64,000 bases of DNA from Syncephalis fuscata S228. Lineage: Eukaryota > Fungi > Zoopagomycota. How positions within the stretch are numbered: the first letter of the stretch is position 1; every line of letters starts with the position of its first letter. The stretch covers positions 620,001 to 684,000 of the forward strand of contig JAHLTZ010000005.1 of the NCBI GenBank assembly GCA_025786725.1, read 5' to 3'. A program made the translations under genes and the position numbers. Shown here piece by piece: positions 48,599-61,906 of this stretch. The notes beneath the pieces are model-generated. The model worked only from the letters and a program-made list of their open reading frames with translations, ran no database searches and was not told where the DNA came from.

Positions 48599-49514
48599 TT
48601 AATCGTCATCAATCTCCATTGAAGAATCATCTGAGGCCGAGTCTGGTGTTTCGATCTGTGCTGCATCTCGGCGCGTAATAGCCGACACGGCGTAACGTGC
48701 CGCAAATGAAACGACACGCTGTGCTCCATCGCCGGCTCGTCGCAGCCATGGTGTTGGGTGTCGGTGGCCATTAGCGTTAGCTGTATCATGTTCTGATGTT
48801 ATTGGATTTAACAACGCATCACCTGCTACTTCATAAGCAACTCGATCGTCTGTTTCTAAATCTTCTAGCGACAATGATGGATTAATAGAAATAAACGGCG
48901 ATGTGTGATCTTCCTCTTCCTCTTCTTCGTAGCCTTCTTCTTCTTCAGCTACGGCTTCTAATACCATATCACCATCATCCATCATAGTCATCTCTGGTTC
49001 CATTTCTACCACTATTTGCTCAGTCCTCTTCTTCTTCTTCTACATCCTCTTCATTCTCCTCATTTGCCATATACTGCTCGCCTGCTTCTTCATCCGAGCT
49101 TGATAAATCGGCATTGTGGATAGCTAGTTCAGCATGAGCGGTCTCGACTTCCAAGTATTCCAGTGCGCCGTCATTGCAGCCAATTGGCAAAAACCAACGT
49201 GCATGTAAGCCCAACTGTCGTCGCTAGTTTGTTTTAAATAAAACATAAAAGTGTTAGCAATGCATGTTTATATGTTCTAATATGTAACCTACTCTTGTTC
49301 GTTGACGTATACGAAGTCGCTCAATAGATTCTAACCAATGATCATATCTTGGTCTATTCAATGAGTCATATTGGCTACTTGTAGATTTATTTTGTGTAGT
49401 GTTATCATCATTTCTATTCACTGACACAGCAGATTGAGGCGTTGTCTCGTCGGCCGAGTCATTTAAATAGCTTGATGGAAGCAAAGGAAAGAATGTAGTG
49501 TCGGTAGGAGCCAT
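48599..49514 (-). CDS. APC15 (ANAPC15/Mnd2)-like acidic protein; one intron, one apparent frameshift at ~49017
   Basis: TTFFPLLP, HWLESIERL and WFLPIG followed by a D/E-rich tail parallel ANAPC15 STLFPSLFP / AWLQSIAE / LVPIG / acidic tail. Confidence 0.55.
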
Positions 49515-50211
49515 AATAAACAAGTGGCTAAACAAAACAAATAAATGATCAAGCCGTGTTTATTAATAATTTGATACGAGTATTGCTGAAAACACGATCC
49601 AGTTTAAATTATGTGCTTGACACTGCATTCTTCTGTTCTGTTTTCTATTTATACTAGAAAGTATAGCTGTAAATTAAGTATAAATGTTACTATTACATTC
49701 AAATTAAAGTATAATTATACACGTATATTGAATTAAAATGAAAAGTTGAGACATTTTATTCTATTTTAATCCACCTAGTCTCATTTTTATTTTAAGGCAG
49801 ATTATAACAAAACGAAAGCCGACAGATAATATTTATAAAAACAAAAGTTAGAATTATTAGTAATAGTATGGTAATGAGAATAAATAAAATTAATTAACAA
49901 GTCAGTATATCATAAAACATGTTAATTAGTTAATTAATAAAAGTGTTAAAAAAGTAATGCTATTATATAGAATATACTAAAAATATAGTATTAAAAACAT
50001 CAACAGGCTTTGAAACGTAAAATAATAATTCAGTAATTCAAGTAAATACTAAATCAATAAAGCTATAATTTCATTTATTAGTTATAAATGTAAAGTAAGC
50101 TGATACAAATCGTTAAATCATTATTTATTTTTAACAAATGTTTATGCGTGTCCCGTTAAGCATTTTCATGATATTGCGAGCAATAAGCTTGTGTGTTCAA
50201 CTATAGCGCAA

Positions 50212-50741
50212 TCAAGGCTTGATTTGAACTTTGGTTTTGAAGCAGAACAATTGGGATTTGTCACTATTGACAACATTCACCATAAGATTGGCAGCAACAG
50301 AGATTTTGATATCTGGCAATGGCACGGACACGGTGATTTTTTGGTTATTGCCACTAGCGATGGGGCAGGTCGTACCAGCGTTCTTCTTAACTTCGGCGCA
50401 CACATCAAGATCCTTGGTAAATTTGAATGGACCGACGCTGCCCTCGGCATGAGCGCTGGCACCTTCAAGCACATCGGTATGGATGTCACCGGCCACGGTC
50501 ACTTTAAGAACTTGGTTGAAACGTGGCGGATTTGGATCCAAAGTCACGGAATGAACCACAATTGGATATTTGGCTTTTGGATGCAGAGCGTAAAGTCAAG
50601 ATTGCCATCCGCTTTATTGCCAATCTTGCCATAGTTGGTCAGAGCAAGTCCTGAAGCTTCAGGCAAAACGGCCGGGCTAGAATAGGGAGCGAGAAAGGCG
50701 GCAAAAAAGAGGCCGGCGGCAGAGATCGATAGAAGCTTCAT
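50212..50741 (-). CDS. Secreted ML-domain (NPC2/MD-2-like) lipid-binding protein 1 (1-bp indel at ~50582)
   Basis: Signal peptide MKLLSISAAGLFFAAFLA; DGNLDFTLC, LDPNPP, DLDVC, TCPI, LFCF. Confidence 0.88.
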
Positions 50742-51274
50742 GATGGTAGTGAAGATAAAAAATTGATACAAGTGATAAACTGGGTATTGAATCGTCAATA
50801 GAAAATACGTTAGCGTTGTTGTCGTTGTCGTTGATATTGTGCAGATATTGCTTGTTAACCAATGAATTTATATTGATTAAATAAATGAAAAGCGCGTGAA
50901 GCAGCATATGCTAGCACTAATTATTATCCGGTTTTTTTGTCAGACAATTGGATGCCAATGGATTTAACCTCCAATAAGCAATATCATTTGTAGAATAACA
51001 TCTAGAATGCTCATATTGTGCTATGTAAGTGTTATTGTCAAATAGAATTAATGGCATGGCATTATGATATTGCAAAATACCGGCAATAAGGCCTTTCTAA
51101 CAAGATTTGGGCTTGTATTACTAGGATTTATGACAAGCTCAACTGCTTGGATATAGAGATCATTGTCTATTTCATGGACAAAATAGTGAAGTATTCCACA
51201 CAACTGGATGGCCATTCAATAAATTGCGCTTACAGTGCAACTTCCGCGCAAAAGGCCTATATTTTATTGACAGC

Positions 51275-52069
51275 CTATAAGTACAACGAATATCAGGTGA
51301 CTAGTCTAATGTAGTACTCGCGTCTCTCAACTGGCTCTCATCGAGTACAATAATCCCCACAAGATAACGCAGTAACAAGTCTACATGTACATGTGTCTGT
51401 GAAACAACGCTGTTTAATGTGTCGTGCCGTTAGTCGTTCTGTAGCTGTACTACAAGTATATTCATTTACACTTACTCGCAATTTTCATAGATGGATTCCA
51501 TTTTGGCTGGTGCCTGTAAATATCACGCATTAATATGACAGCGTTATTGTGTATCTATCTGTTTCAATACTTGCCACATATTCACCTTGACTCAGCTTAC
51601 TGACATTCTAAACAATGCAGTATACACGTGTATCAGTATGACATTGCATTGTACAGTATACATTTGGCTAGGCAAAAGCCAGTATTATCATTGTTACTTA
51701 CTTTTTGCGATCGATGACTTTAAGTGTTCCATTTGGAAGCATCTCGCCAATATCACCGGTTTTTAGCCAACCGTCTTTACCCAGTACAGCACGGGTGTCT
51801 TCTGGAAGGCCGTAGTAGCCTTTGGTGACACTGCCGCCACGAACACAAATCTAAATGACACAATGATACATGTATGCCATTAGTATATAGTCGAATAGCC
51901 TCAATTGGTACATACTTCGCCACGAGGATTTGGCACATCACTTGCCAGATAGCACAGCTCTGGCACATCTAGCAGCTTTACTTCATTTACAGGTAGAATC
52001 ATGCCAACACTGCTACCATATGGATGTTGGTAATCATTTGGATGAGTGGCACTGATGGCTGCACATGTC
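51275..52069 (-). pseudogene. Inverted partial duplicate of the acyl-CoA synthetase gene (source 19348-20144), introns retained
   Basis: Near-identical reverse complement over ~51380-52069, clearly more diverged over ~51275-51380. Lacks the N- and C-terminal exons. Confidence 0.95.
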
Positions 52070-52353
52070 CTCATTCGACTATAATCCATAATTCATAAAT
52101 AGCTATTACATATTTCAAGAAAATCAATTGACTATTTATAGTAGAAATCGTTTAAATATATTTAATGTTACCAATTATCACTATCTTTGACAACAGTTAT
52201 TAAAAGAAACTAAAAGTAACATAGAATTACTTATTATTTTATGAATGTTAATTTAAAAGTACAGCATACTAAAGAACTATTCCTTAATTATATTTATTTT
52301 AATTGGTGGCTGAGCAATATAATAATTATTACTACAGATTAAAGCAAATCTGC

Positions 52354-52833
52354 TTAAGCAAGACGAACAGTTGATTTGAAACAGAAAAGAGTCGAGCTAT
52401 CGCCATTTTGCACGGTAGAAGTCATGCCAACTTCAATTCCACCCACTGGGCTCCATGGGACGTCCATATTAAGAGTTATGGCGTGTTTTCCTGGCTGGAT
52501 GGGGCAAGAAAGACCGCTTCGTCCAGCTTGCTCGCAAATGTCGATATCGATCTTCTTGGTGAAAAAGCCAACCTTGACTGCCACGCGAGTCATGGCTCCC
52601 TTCTGAATCACGGTGTTGACTGTTCCGCTGAGAAGAATGTCGATAGGCTTGCCGCTCACGATGGGGTATGGGCTAAGCTTGATGGAATCGGCAGCGATGG
52701 CATACTTGGCGTTGGCATCACACAACTCGAAGGCCAAAGAACCATCGGAGCTGGGTGCGGCGGCTGGAATGATTGAGGCGCTGACACCAGCGATGACGGA
52801 GGCAGCGGCGATAATGTAGGTAAAAAGCTTCAT
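52354..52833 (-). CDS. Secreted ML-domain protein 2
   Basis: MKLFTYIIAAASVIAGVSA; DGSLAFELC, LSPYP, DIDIC, SCPIQPG, LFCF. Intronless. Confidence 0.92.
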   Translation of the reverse strand: MKLFTYIIAAASVIAGVSASIIPAAAPSSDGSLAFELCDANAKYAIAADSIKLSPYPIVSGKPIDILLSGTVNTVIQKGAMTRVAVKVGFFTKKIDIDICEQAGRSGLSCPIQPGKHAITLNMDVPWSPVGGIEVGMTSTVQNGDSSTLFCFKSTVRLA

Positions 52834-53543
52834 TTTGATATTAAGCAATGATTTGGATCAAGTGTTGAATTTTCAAGCAAGAGTAGAGAGTCGTAAAACG
52901 TAAAGCGTAACAAGTGTTGCTTAATGGCTGATGAGAAATTGATAGCAAACGCTGTTTCTGTTGATCTTTTATATGAAATAATTGTATATTGATTTATAGG
53001 CATTGATATTTAAGTAAAGGCGTGTACTTACCGATAATCACGTTTATCATATTGTAACGTAGCCTATTTCCCTCCCCCCTTCTAATAGACCAGTTGAGAA
53101 GATAATGATAAGTGTGACTCGTTATTCATTTCATTGTTCTTACGCAAGTGTTGGCCCACTAATTTACTGACACTATATTTAGTAAATGCAAGTTGACTGG
53201 CTCTGCAGCTAAGCAGTCGCGGCAATATTTCTATTCTAAACTAGCCGAGTATTTGCTTTTTACCTAAGGGACTCATCCCCTTATAATTGATACGTTTACG
53301 TCATTCGAAAAAAGGTGAAAGAAATGTTACACAAAAACATCGTATGATTTCTCATTACAGTGCAAATAGCCTGTGGAGTAACCATTGGCCTGTTTTGCAT
53401 TTTTTCGCAAAAATAAGACGCAATTTGTAGTAACAACCTTTACTCAATGGCATAAAAAGCAAATAAAATTTTATCATTGGTTATTAATGACAATTATAGT
53501 ATTTGCGAAAAAGCACAGCCTTTATTGAATAGGAAAATACAGT

Positions 53544-54064
53544 TTAAGCAATGGCAACAGTAGACTTGAAACAAATCAGCTCAGATCCGTCGCCATTTTT
53601 CAGCGAGCTAGTAAGCTTAGCTTTAATATTCTTTAGAGGACTAGATGGTAGCTGCATCTTCATAGTCATCTCCTGGCGGCCTGCTGGTATGGGGCATGGC
53701 TTTCCTTCGGCTGCCGCTTGTTCACATGTATCAAGGTCAAATTTGAATTTGAACAGAGACACTTGTGCCTCAACGTGGCCCATGGCACCCTGTGTAATCG
53801 TGGTATTCAACGTGCCAGCCATACTGATGGTAACTTCTTTGCCGACTGTAGAGGATAGGGCGACAGTTTGATGTAATCAATATCAATTTGATAGCGAGCA
53901 TTAGAACTGGTATCACAGAGTGTATACTCAAGGGCCCCGTCGCTGTTCAGGACTGGAAGCGTCTCGACTGGGGCCTCAGCAACACTGGCAAGCAAGGCAT
54001 GCGGAATAGCAAGAACACTGGCCACAGTAATACTGATAAAAGTCGTAAAAATAAGTAACTTCAT
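53544..54064 (-). CDS. Secreted ML-domain protein 3 (1-bp indel at ~53852)
   Basis: MKLLIFTTFISITVASVLA; DGALEYTLC, LSPYP, DLDTC, PCPIPAG, LICF. Confidence 0.88.
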
Positions 54065-55466
54065 GGTTAGCTGGAAAGCACGAAGGTAATGAATAGTAAC
54101 GTAAATTGTTGTTTTGAGTTCATAAAAATGATGGTGACGTGCATACGAAATAATCCTCGTATCTGTTTTTATATCTAATTGCCTGCATAAAAGACCAACT
54201 AGTATAAACAACGTGAACAAATATGCCTGGTATTTTGTTCTTGCTATTTGTCTTAAGAAAGGCAAACCATCCACGTGTTGGCCCAATTCGCCCAATTTTA
54301 CACGTGACAATCCAGCGTGTAAACCGTTAGGTTGGCAGCAATAGGCCACAAGTGATAAAACGTTTGTGTCAGAAATTTTGTTTTACTAACAGCAACCAAA
54401 TTTCTGGTAACAAAATCCTTTACTTGTTGGACCGTACGACAGAGACAAATCGTATTAAGCAATCATATGCCCAGCATGTCAAAAATAGTAACTCTGGACA
54501 GGCTGTTTGTTGTGGCCTATTTGCAACTGACTGTATCTGTGCAACAGCGCATTTTTTTGTCAAAATAGAGTGGTGCGTAAAAACCAGCCAACATCAACAG
54601 TATCGCTATTTTAAAAAAAACCATTTGGCCAATTTATGGGCCAATGGCTATAAAGCAGAATTATAGCATGATTGTCAAAATTTCAATATTATTAATAAAT
54701 AAATATTATTATACATTCAATCGTTACTTGCTATATCTATCTTTAAAAACTTTAATGTTTGAATACGATATTATATTTAAGATTAGTACCTTTGACTATA
54801 ATGATAAATACGCTAGGTAATACTTTACGATATTTACTATGGCGTATTGACGGCACTAATGGTTTACGATATGTCTACTAAATCTAGTAGACGCTTTACC
54901 ATCGGTTATATACCATGTACAGCACCCAAAACTGTCTGAAATCTAAATAGTGCATTTAATTTTATTTTAAAAAGACAGCCTTTAAACACATTTATATGCC
55001 CGTTGTGTCAAGTTTCTACGCAGTTCTTTTTTAAAAAAGCTTTTTCTAGCTATTTCCATTTGGAATAAATAGAAACGACGTCTTTCGTATTTAGAAAGCC
55101 ACTTTAGTATGGGTAATTCCAAAAAGTTTCTTTGAACCGCATTAAATCAGCTTCTATTTGAGTTTGGCAATCATATGCTTGCTTTCTTTATTTGAACAAC
55201 AATGACATATACAGCCTCAAGATTTGTTTTTCTACGCATATAGAAATAACGTGACTGTTTTACTTCTGCCGTTACTAATTTAGCACATCCCGATAGCGGA
55301 GATGTGTAGAAGCCACATGGTATTATTTGTCGTGTAGATTCCAAATATATAAACCAGCATTGTTCGATGGACAAAGCAAAAAAAATTATTTTTATAACAC
55401 TCCAATTGTTTTTGGCTCTCCTAGAAATAATAACCACTCTTAACGCTTAACTTACGCTTTTTAACG

Positions 55467-56183
55467 ATGCTTCGCGGATCTATTGTTTTCTTTGTGGCTA
55501 TCGCCCTTACTGCTGCAGCCAGTATTTCTACTGCTGCACCTATGAATAACGATAATAACTTTATAAATGAAAACGAAGGCCAAAACCTACGCATTAGTAC
55601 TGCGCCAGCTGGAATCAATAGTCCATCTTTACAGCCACTTAGCTTCTCCGGACTTCCATCGAGAATAAACAGCATTCCAAACAATAACAACAACAATAAT
55701 AATAATGATGATGTTACGCCACAGACATCCAGAAGCGCTTCCCCCGTTTCATCTATTACTAGCCATATGCAGGCTGGAGGATTAAGTCAATCTCGCATCT
55801 CATCCCCAAATAACTTAGTTCTCTCACCTTCTTCAAGCTCCACATCCCTTTCAAGTACTTCAAGCGAAAGACCTTCCAGTATTCAGCAAGCAGCTCCACA
55901 ACAAATGCAATCCTCAGGTATTATTAACAAATTTAAAGAAAGCAATCCAAGAGGAACCATTTTAGGAGATTCTACCCGTTTTATTGGAAAAAATGCGCGA
56001 AAGCTGTATCAAAAGACCGCAGATGGCATAAATCGCAACGCTCCATCTGCAGTCAAGGAATATAATAGACTGGTGACGGGAGCTAAAACTAATCTTCAAA
56101 CTACTCACCCTGCGGTTTACGGCCGAATTAGCAATTTTAAGAAGGATGCCAACACCTTTTTGTTTGGACAACAAACCAAATAA
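55467..56183 (+). CDS. Secreted low-complexity Ser/Asn-rich orphan protein (effector-like)
   Basis: 238-aa intronless ORF; signal peptide MLRGSIVFFVAIALTAAASISTA-APM; no Cys. Confidence 0.75.
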   Translation: MLRGSIVFFVAIALTAAASISTAAPMNNDNNFINENEGQNLRISTAPAGINSPSLQPLSFSGLPSRINSIPNNNNNNNNNDDVTPQTSRSASPVSSITSHMQAGGLSQSRISSPNNLVLSPSSSSTSLSSTSSERPSSIQQAAPQQMQSSGIINKFKESNPRGTILGDSTRFIGKNARKLYQKTADGINRNAPSAVKEYNRLVTGAKTNLQTTHPAVYGRISNFKKDANTFLFGQQTK

Positions 56184-56862
56184 ATAAAGCCAAACGCACA
56201 TAAGGTTTATTAAGTAAAAACTAGGACTTTTTTGTAATTTAGCAACATGCTTAGATAATATAACTATTAATAATGTTTATTATAACATATAATTTTAGTT
56301 TAATTGAGAAATACAAGAAATAAATCCAGTCATTATGCACTTGTGTAGTAAATTTGGAAAATGTTAAGCGGCGCTGTGTTGTTAATTATTTAGTTGAAAG
56401 CAATGGCCTGCACTAATAACCAATGATAATCCATTGTTAAATCTGGTTGATTATTCTTTTGTTAAATCATCCAACAACATTTATCAAACACATTAAACAC
56501 CTGATTTGTTTAAATAAAATTACATTTTGTCATAAATTCAAGCGAATATAGCTGTATTGATACAGATATACAATAAGCACTGCGTGACCCGTGCGTAAAC
56601 AGGCCATTGTATTCAACACGGGTCCATTCTATTGTGAATTTACCGAACTGTTGCCCAATCAGCATGCATGCCTAAAATTGTTTTCTACATGACAACATAA
56701 TAAAGGCGACAGTTTGTCGCATCTATCCTGTTTCATTATTGCGTGTGTCACACGCGCATCGTTTATTTAATTTGTTATCGTATCCTTCTGCACGTTACTT
56801 CCTTCGCCTTGGTTTGTTGTGCTTCTTTTTACTTTTTATTTGTTTTAACGCTATTTGCTATA

Positions 56863-59110
56863 ATGTCTGAAGCTAAATACACTTCTGTTTGTACAGTACC
56901 AGAACCTGGTACTCCAAAAGAGCAGGAGGGTTCAGAGCTGGATGTCATAAACTCGAGTGGGGGCGAAGAGAAAAGTATATTAGATAATCACGATTCAAAT
57001 AGCATCAGTGACATTGAAAGCGATAAAGATATTACTTCGGATGAGAATTCGCCATATGAAAGTGTTTGCGCAACAGTAAGCAACAAGGATGACCCCACGC
57101 TACCATCACTTACATTCCGCTTTTGGGTGCTTGCAATTCCATTAACCATTATCGTATCTCTTTTTAATCAAGTATTTTGGTTCAGGACTTTGTCGGTTGG
57201 CATTGGTGGCATGATAATGCAGCTAAGTGTCTTCCCGCTTGGCAATTATTGGAACGCACACTGCCCAGCCGAATAGTTCACATTGGCCCTCTGAGCTTCT
57301 CGTTAAATCCAGGCCCGTTCAACATTAAAGAACACACGCTACTTTCAGTATGCACGGGTGCAGCCACCTATGTAGCTTATGCTGTGGATATTGTCGTAAT
57401 TAAACATATATTTTATGGAAAAAGCACTCCAATTATTGGTTCAATTTTATTGGTATTAACAACGCAATGCATTGGCTATGGGCTGGCTGGTATGTGCTAT
57501 CGACATCTTGTTCGTCCAGCTGCCATGATTTGGCCTTTTAATTTAATGTGTGTAGCTATGTTTCGCACGCTACACGAGAAAGAAGATACGGGCAATCCAA
57601 CACGAATGCGCTTTTTCTTAATGGCCACCTTAATTAGCGGTGTTTATTATTTCTTACCGGGCTTTATTGCGCCGTTTCTCTCTACCATATCTTTGCTTTG
57701 CCTGATTATGCCAAACAATCTGGTAGCTAACCAAGTTGGATCGTTCACCAAAGGCATGGGTGTATTCAGCTTTACGCTCGATTGGAACGGCATCACCAGT
57801 AGTCTCTCGTCTCCGCTAACGACACCATTCTGGGCGGCGGCAAACACATTTGTCGGTTTATCATAATAGCGTGGATACTGGCACCCATCGGCTATTGGGG
57901 AGACATTTGGGAGGCGCGTAAATATGCATTCTTTGGATCATCACTTTACACAGCTAGTGGCGAAGCTTACCCGGTTCTCGATTTGTTAAATCACAATCTT
58001 TCGCTTGACGAGAAAAAATACGCGCAAGTAGGACCGCCTCGAATGACATTTATGTTTGCTGTTGCCTATGGCGTTGGATTCGCCGCCTTATCAGCTTTAT
58101 TGGTGCACGTTGCTCTTTATCACGGACGCGAAATCATAGGTCGTTTTCGTGATGCAATGACAGCAAATGACGATATCCACGCAAAGCTAATGGATCGTTA
58201 TCCTGCTGTGCCGCAATGGTGGTATCTATCAGTTCTTGGAATAAGTGGCATTCTAGGCATCTTTGCTAGCGAATATTACGAAACTGAACTACCATGGTGG
58301 GGCGTATTACTTGCCATTGCCATTGCCGCGTGTTTTCTTTTGCCCATTGGTATTATCACTGCCGTTTCCAATATTCGACCATCATTAGAAATTATTACAG
58401 AGCTGGTTATTGGATTTATCATGCCTGGCAAACCAATTGCCAATGTCACGTTTAAAACTTATGGCTACATTGGTATGGCACAGGCTATTGTTTTTCTTGG
58501 TGATTTAAAACTTGGCCATTACATCAAGGTGCCTCCACGACATATGTTCATTGCGCAATTAACGGGAAGTTTGATTGCAGGCACTGTCAATGTACTTGCA
58601 GCCTATATGATGTTTTCCATCATGCCGGATATTTGTCGAACCGAAGCGTGGTATTGTCGAACTGCACACGTTTTCTTTAATACATCCGTTGTGTGGGGCG
58701 TTATTGGCCCACAGCGGATGTTTGGCACGGAAGGCTACTACTCCGGGCTGATATGGTGGTTTCTACTTGGCCTGCTGTTGCCGCTGCCCTTCTGGCTATT
58801 GGCACGACGATATCCCAATACATGGCTTGATAATGTCAACATTCCTGTGCTACTGGCCAGCACTGCCAATATGCCGCCTGCTTATCCTGGCTCATATCCA
58901 GCCTGGTTTACCGTTGCGCTGGCTTCTTGGCTTACGCTGCGCTATCGTCGTAGCTGGTGGGAACGCTACAACTACATATTGTCGGCCAGTCTTGATGCTG
59001 GAGTTGCTATCGCTAGTTTAATAATTTTCTTTGCTTTTACCAATAACAATATTAAACTTGATTACTGGGGCACCCGGCCCGATTGCCCCTTGCTTGAAAA
59101 CGCACTTTAA
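56863..59110 (+). CDS. OPT-family oligopeptide transporter, intronless, two apparent 1-bp deletions (~57245, ~57860)
   Basis: NSPYESV..DDP, LTFRFW, NPGPFNIKEH, WPFNL, PIANVTFKTYG, DLKLGHYIKVPPR, YNYILSASLD. Confidence 0.93.
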
Positions 59111-59453
59111 TTTACATGCTAAAGTAGCAATCGGGTAGAATAATAACCCCGCGTACTATGACGATAGACGCCCTGCATATTCTTGAGATCAATAAGCATT
59201 AATTAATAAACCACCCCTCTTATGTAACTAACTTTATCAACAATGCCCCTTTATCAGTAGCAAAGGGAGTACTGTAAAACAATAAACCAAGCCCACATAC
59301 ACATGTCTCCACTAATTATCAACTAAGGAGATGTTTGTTAAGATATTGAGCATACGTATAAATAGTCGTAGATTAAACACATATCATTGACTTTAATAAA
59401 TATTGCAAATCATATACATTCTACCATAATCTAAATTTGCTTATAGCTATATC

Positions 59454-59954
59454 ATGCATTTATACAAAGGATTATTTGGGCTTTTGATGTTGGTGGCTAC
59501 CAGCACGGCCACACCAACCGCCATAGCAGGGATTGTTCCACATGGTCGGACTGTTACTGCTGCCACGGCACTACCATATCGTAAATGCGATCCAAATGCC
59601 AACTATGCGTTTACCGTTGATCAGCTAAATGTTGATCCGCTGCCAATACGCGGCGGTGCTCCACTCAGTGCTCTCCTAAACGGCCAGGTCAACTCTCCCA
59701 TTCCAAAAGGCTCCAAGGTGCGCATCACAGCAAAGGTTGGTCTATTTACCAAGAGCTTTGATGCCGATCTCTGCAATGCTGCTACTGCCGTCAATCTTTC
59801 CTGTCCCATCACACCAGGCCCATTGACGCTTTCTGTGTCCGCTGATATTCCAAGACTTCCAATTTCTAACATCAATGCAAAACTTACCGTATCGGGTAAA
59901 GCACCGGACGGTTCTGAGTTGTTCTGTTTCAACACCGATGTAAGCATTTCTTAA
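59454..59954 (+). CDS. Secreted ML-domain protein 4
   Basis: Signal peptide; YRKCDP, VDPLP, DLC, SCPITPG, LFCF. Confidence 0.92.
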   Translation: MHLYKGLFGLLMLVATSTATPTAIAGIVPHGRTVTAATALPYRKCDPNANYAFTVDQLNVDPLPIRGGAPLSALLNGQVNSPIPKGSKVRITAKVGLFTKSFDADLCNAATAVNLSCPITPGPLTLSVSADIPRLPISNINAKLTVSGKAPDGSELFCFNTDVSIS

Positions 59955-60197
59955 ATCTGGTTTGCACGTGCTGCACGCCATAAATCTATCGAATAAACGT
60001 GATGTCGTCTCACAATCGTATACAACTACTAGATTTTGTCATTAATGCGCAATAAATCTAATTTTAAAATCTAATTTGGTCATGTTTAACATGCATTAAA
60101 ATATCAATGTTTGGAAATTGATTTTTGTAAATCATTAACATTTTGCTTTTTATTTTATTTCTAACTTTTACTTTTACTTAGTACAAGAACGACCATC

Positions 60198-60722
60198 ATG
60201 AAACTTAGAATTTTTACCACTGTTAGTACCGTGGCTGTATTACTTGACATTCAGCAATATGTTGTAGATGCTGGACTTTTTGGTACCAGCTTTTTTGATG
60301 GCCAGCACTCGGCTTTAAACCCAGATGGTACTCTGCGTTTTAAGGCCTGTCCATTAGTAGCGCCATTTCTTATCAATCCTAATTTTATACGACTGAAGCC
60401 ATATCCAATTGTTGCCGGTAGTGGTCTTAAGGTCACGGTAAATGGCCAGCTTAATGAACCTATTATGCAAGGAGCCACCGTGGAAGTTACAGCTCAGATT
60501 GGCTGGTATAAACACACGATGACTTTAGATGTTTGTGAGGAGGCAAAAAAGTCGGGCTTGATTTGTCCTATTAAGCCTGGTGAACATGATTTGTCGTTGG
60601 ATGTCAATGTGCCTTATAGCCCAATTGGAGGCATTCACGCTACTCTGCTTGTTAACGGGAAAAACTTTGATGAAAAGCCATTATTCTGCTTCACTTCTAA
60701 AGTACTCATTAACAAATCATAA
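60198..60722 (+). CDS. Secreted ML-domain protein 5
   Basis: N-terminal leader; DGTLRFKAC, LKPYP, LDVC, CPIKPG, LFCF. Confidence 0.92.
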   Translation: MKLRIFTTVSTVAVLLDIQQYVVDAGLFGTSFFDGQHSALNPDGTLRFKACPLVAPFLINPNFIRLKPYPIVAGSGLKVTVNGQLNEPIMQGATVEVTAQIGWYKHTMTLDVCEEAKKSGLICPIKPGEHDLSLDVNVPYSPIGGIHATLLVNGKNFDEKPLFCFTSKVLINKS

Positions 60723-60820
60723 TATAAACCAATATTAATATAGTCGTACTGCTCTTTTATACTGATATAGTGTGTTATTTATTAAAATAAAATTTAACAT
60801 TCTTGATATTTATGAATCGG

Positions 60821-61906
60821 CTAGTCTTGTTTCATAGATGTATGAGTGTTATTTGATGATTCATCCTGTTCTTCCGAGTCTTCTGGACGCCACGAGCTAC
60901 GCCATGCCTCAAATCCACCACGAGTATTGTGCAATGTATCAAGCACACCAAGTACACCATAATTTGCATTGAACACTTGATGGTGATAGTCATGGTCCAG
61001 TGGTGAGGGCATGAATGGAAGTGCAAATCCACAGTGCGAATTGATGGTATTAACCAAGCCTATTGTACAATAACGACGTTAACTAAGTTATACTGAATAA
61101 ATATGCTATCCTATTACCGATACACAGCCATAGCCAGAATACCATGACATGAGACTGCATTATAATAGGGCCGGCAAACAAAGGAAGTAGATTAGCAAAC
61201 AGGTGCTCAATTGGATGTGCGTAAATTGCTATTGATTAATGAGATAGTGTTAAATAATGTATTATAAACTTCTTACCAGCTATTCCGATTGGTGCAGTGA
61301 ACTCGTGATGTCGCTTATGTATATATTTGTAAATGCGAGGATGGTGGAACAGACGATGACTGTAGTAGAAGCCAATTTCTTCCACAACCGCAAATGCAGC
61401 TAAATGTAGCAATAGCGTGCTAAGTGTAGGCAGTGGTTCTGTAGTAATGGAGCGCTGTTGACCATAGGCGATAATACAATAGGCAGTTAAGCCGGTAGGA
61501 AAATTGACGAATATCCAGTTGAAAAGGGCTTGTTTACCAGCCTTGATGTACCAGGCTTTGACGGGCATTTTTGAAGGTTGGACTCGGTAGCGCCAGAAAG
61601 CCACGGGAATATGAAGCAGGTCAAGTATGGCAATAAAGAAGCATAGGACCAGAAAACAGTTGTGGTAAGACCAAATGACCCCAGAAGGAATATATTGAAG
61701 TCGGCATACTTTGCTAGCCAGGGCCAGACAACTGGTGCATAAAGCATAAATGGAATAATAAACGACGCAATAAAAACAATACTGGCCACGGCGTCACGAA
61801 TGTTCATTACCGACAACACAGCCGGGTTTGCATTGGTGTTGGCTTTTGTACCCTTAAGAGAAGCATTATTTGTCACAACTTTGTCTTCAGAAACTGGAAC
61901 CGTCAT
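60821..61906 (-). CDS. Fatty acid hydroxylase / sterol desaturase superfamily protein (FAXDC2/ERG25-like); 2 introns, apparent indel at ~61630
   Basis: His boxes YYSHRLFHH, IHKRHHEFTAP, YAHPIEH, HCG, HDYHH..NYG..LD.LH.T. Confidence 0.9.

Noticed and set aside
52856-52866. GATCAAGTGT match to U2 snRNA
   Set aside because: Only 10 nt; no GTAGTA branch-pairing motif or stem-loops; lies just upstream of the ML2 start codon.
50191-60478. Antisense and alternative-frame ORFs over the ML genes (e.g. 50191-50634+, 52408-52776+, 53551-53871+, 59621-59947-)
   Set aside because: Shadow ORFs of GC-richer coding sequence with no independent motifs.
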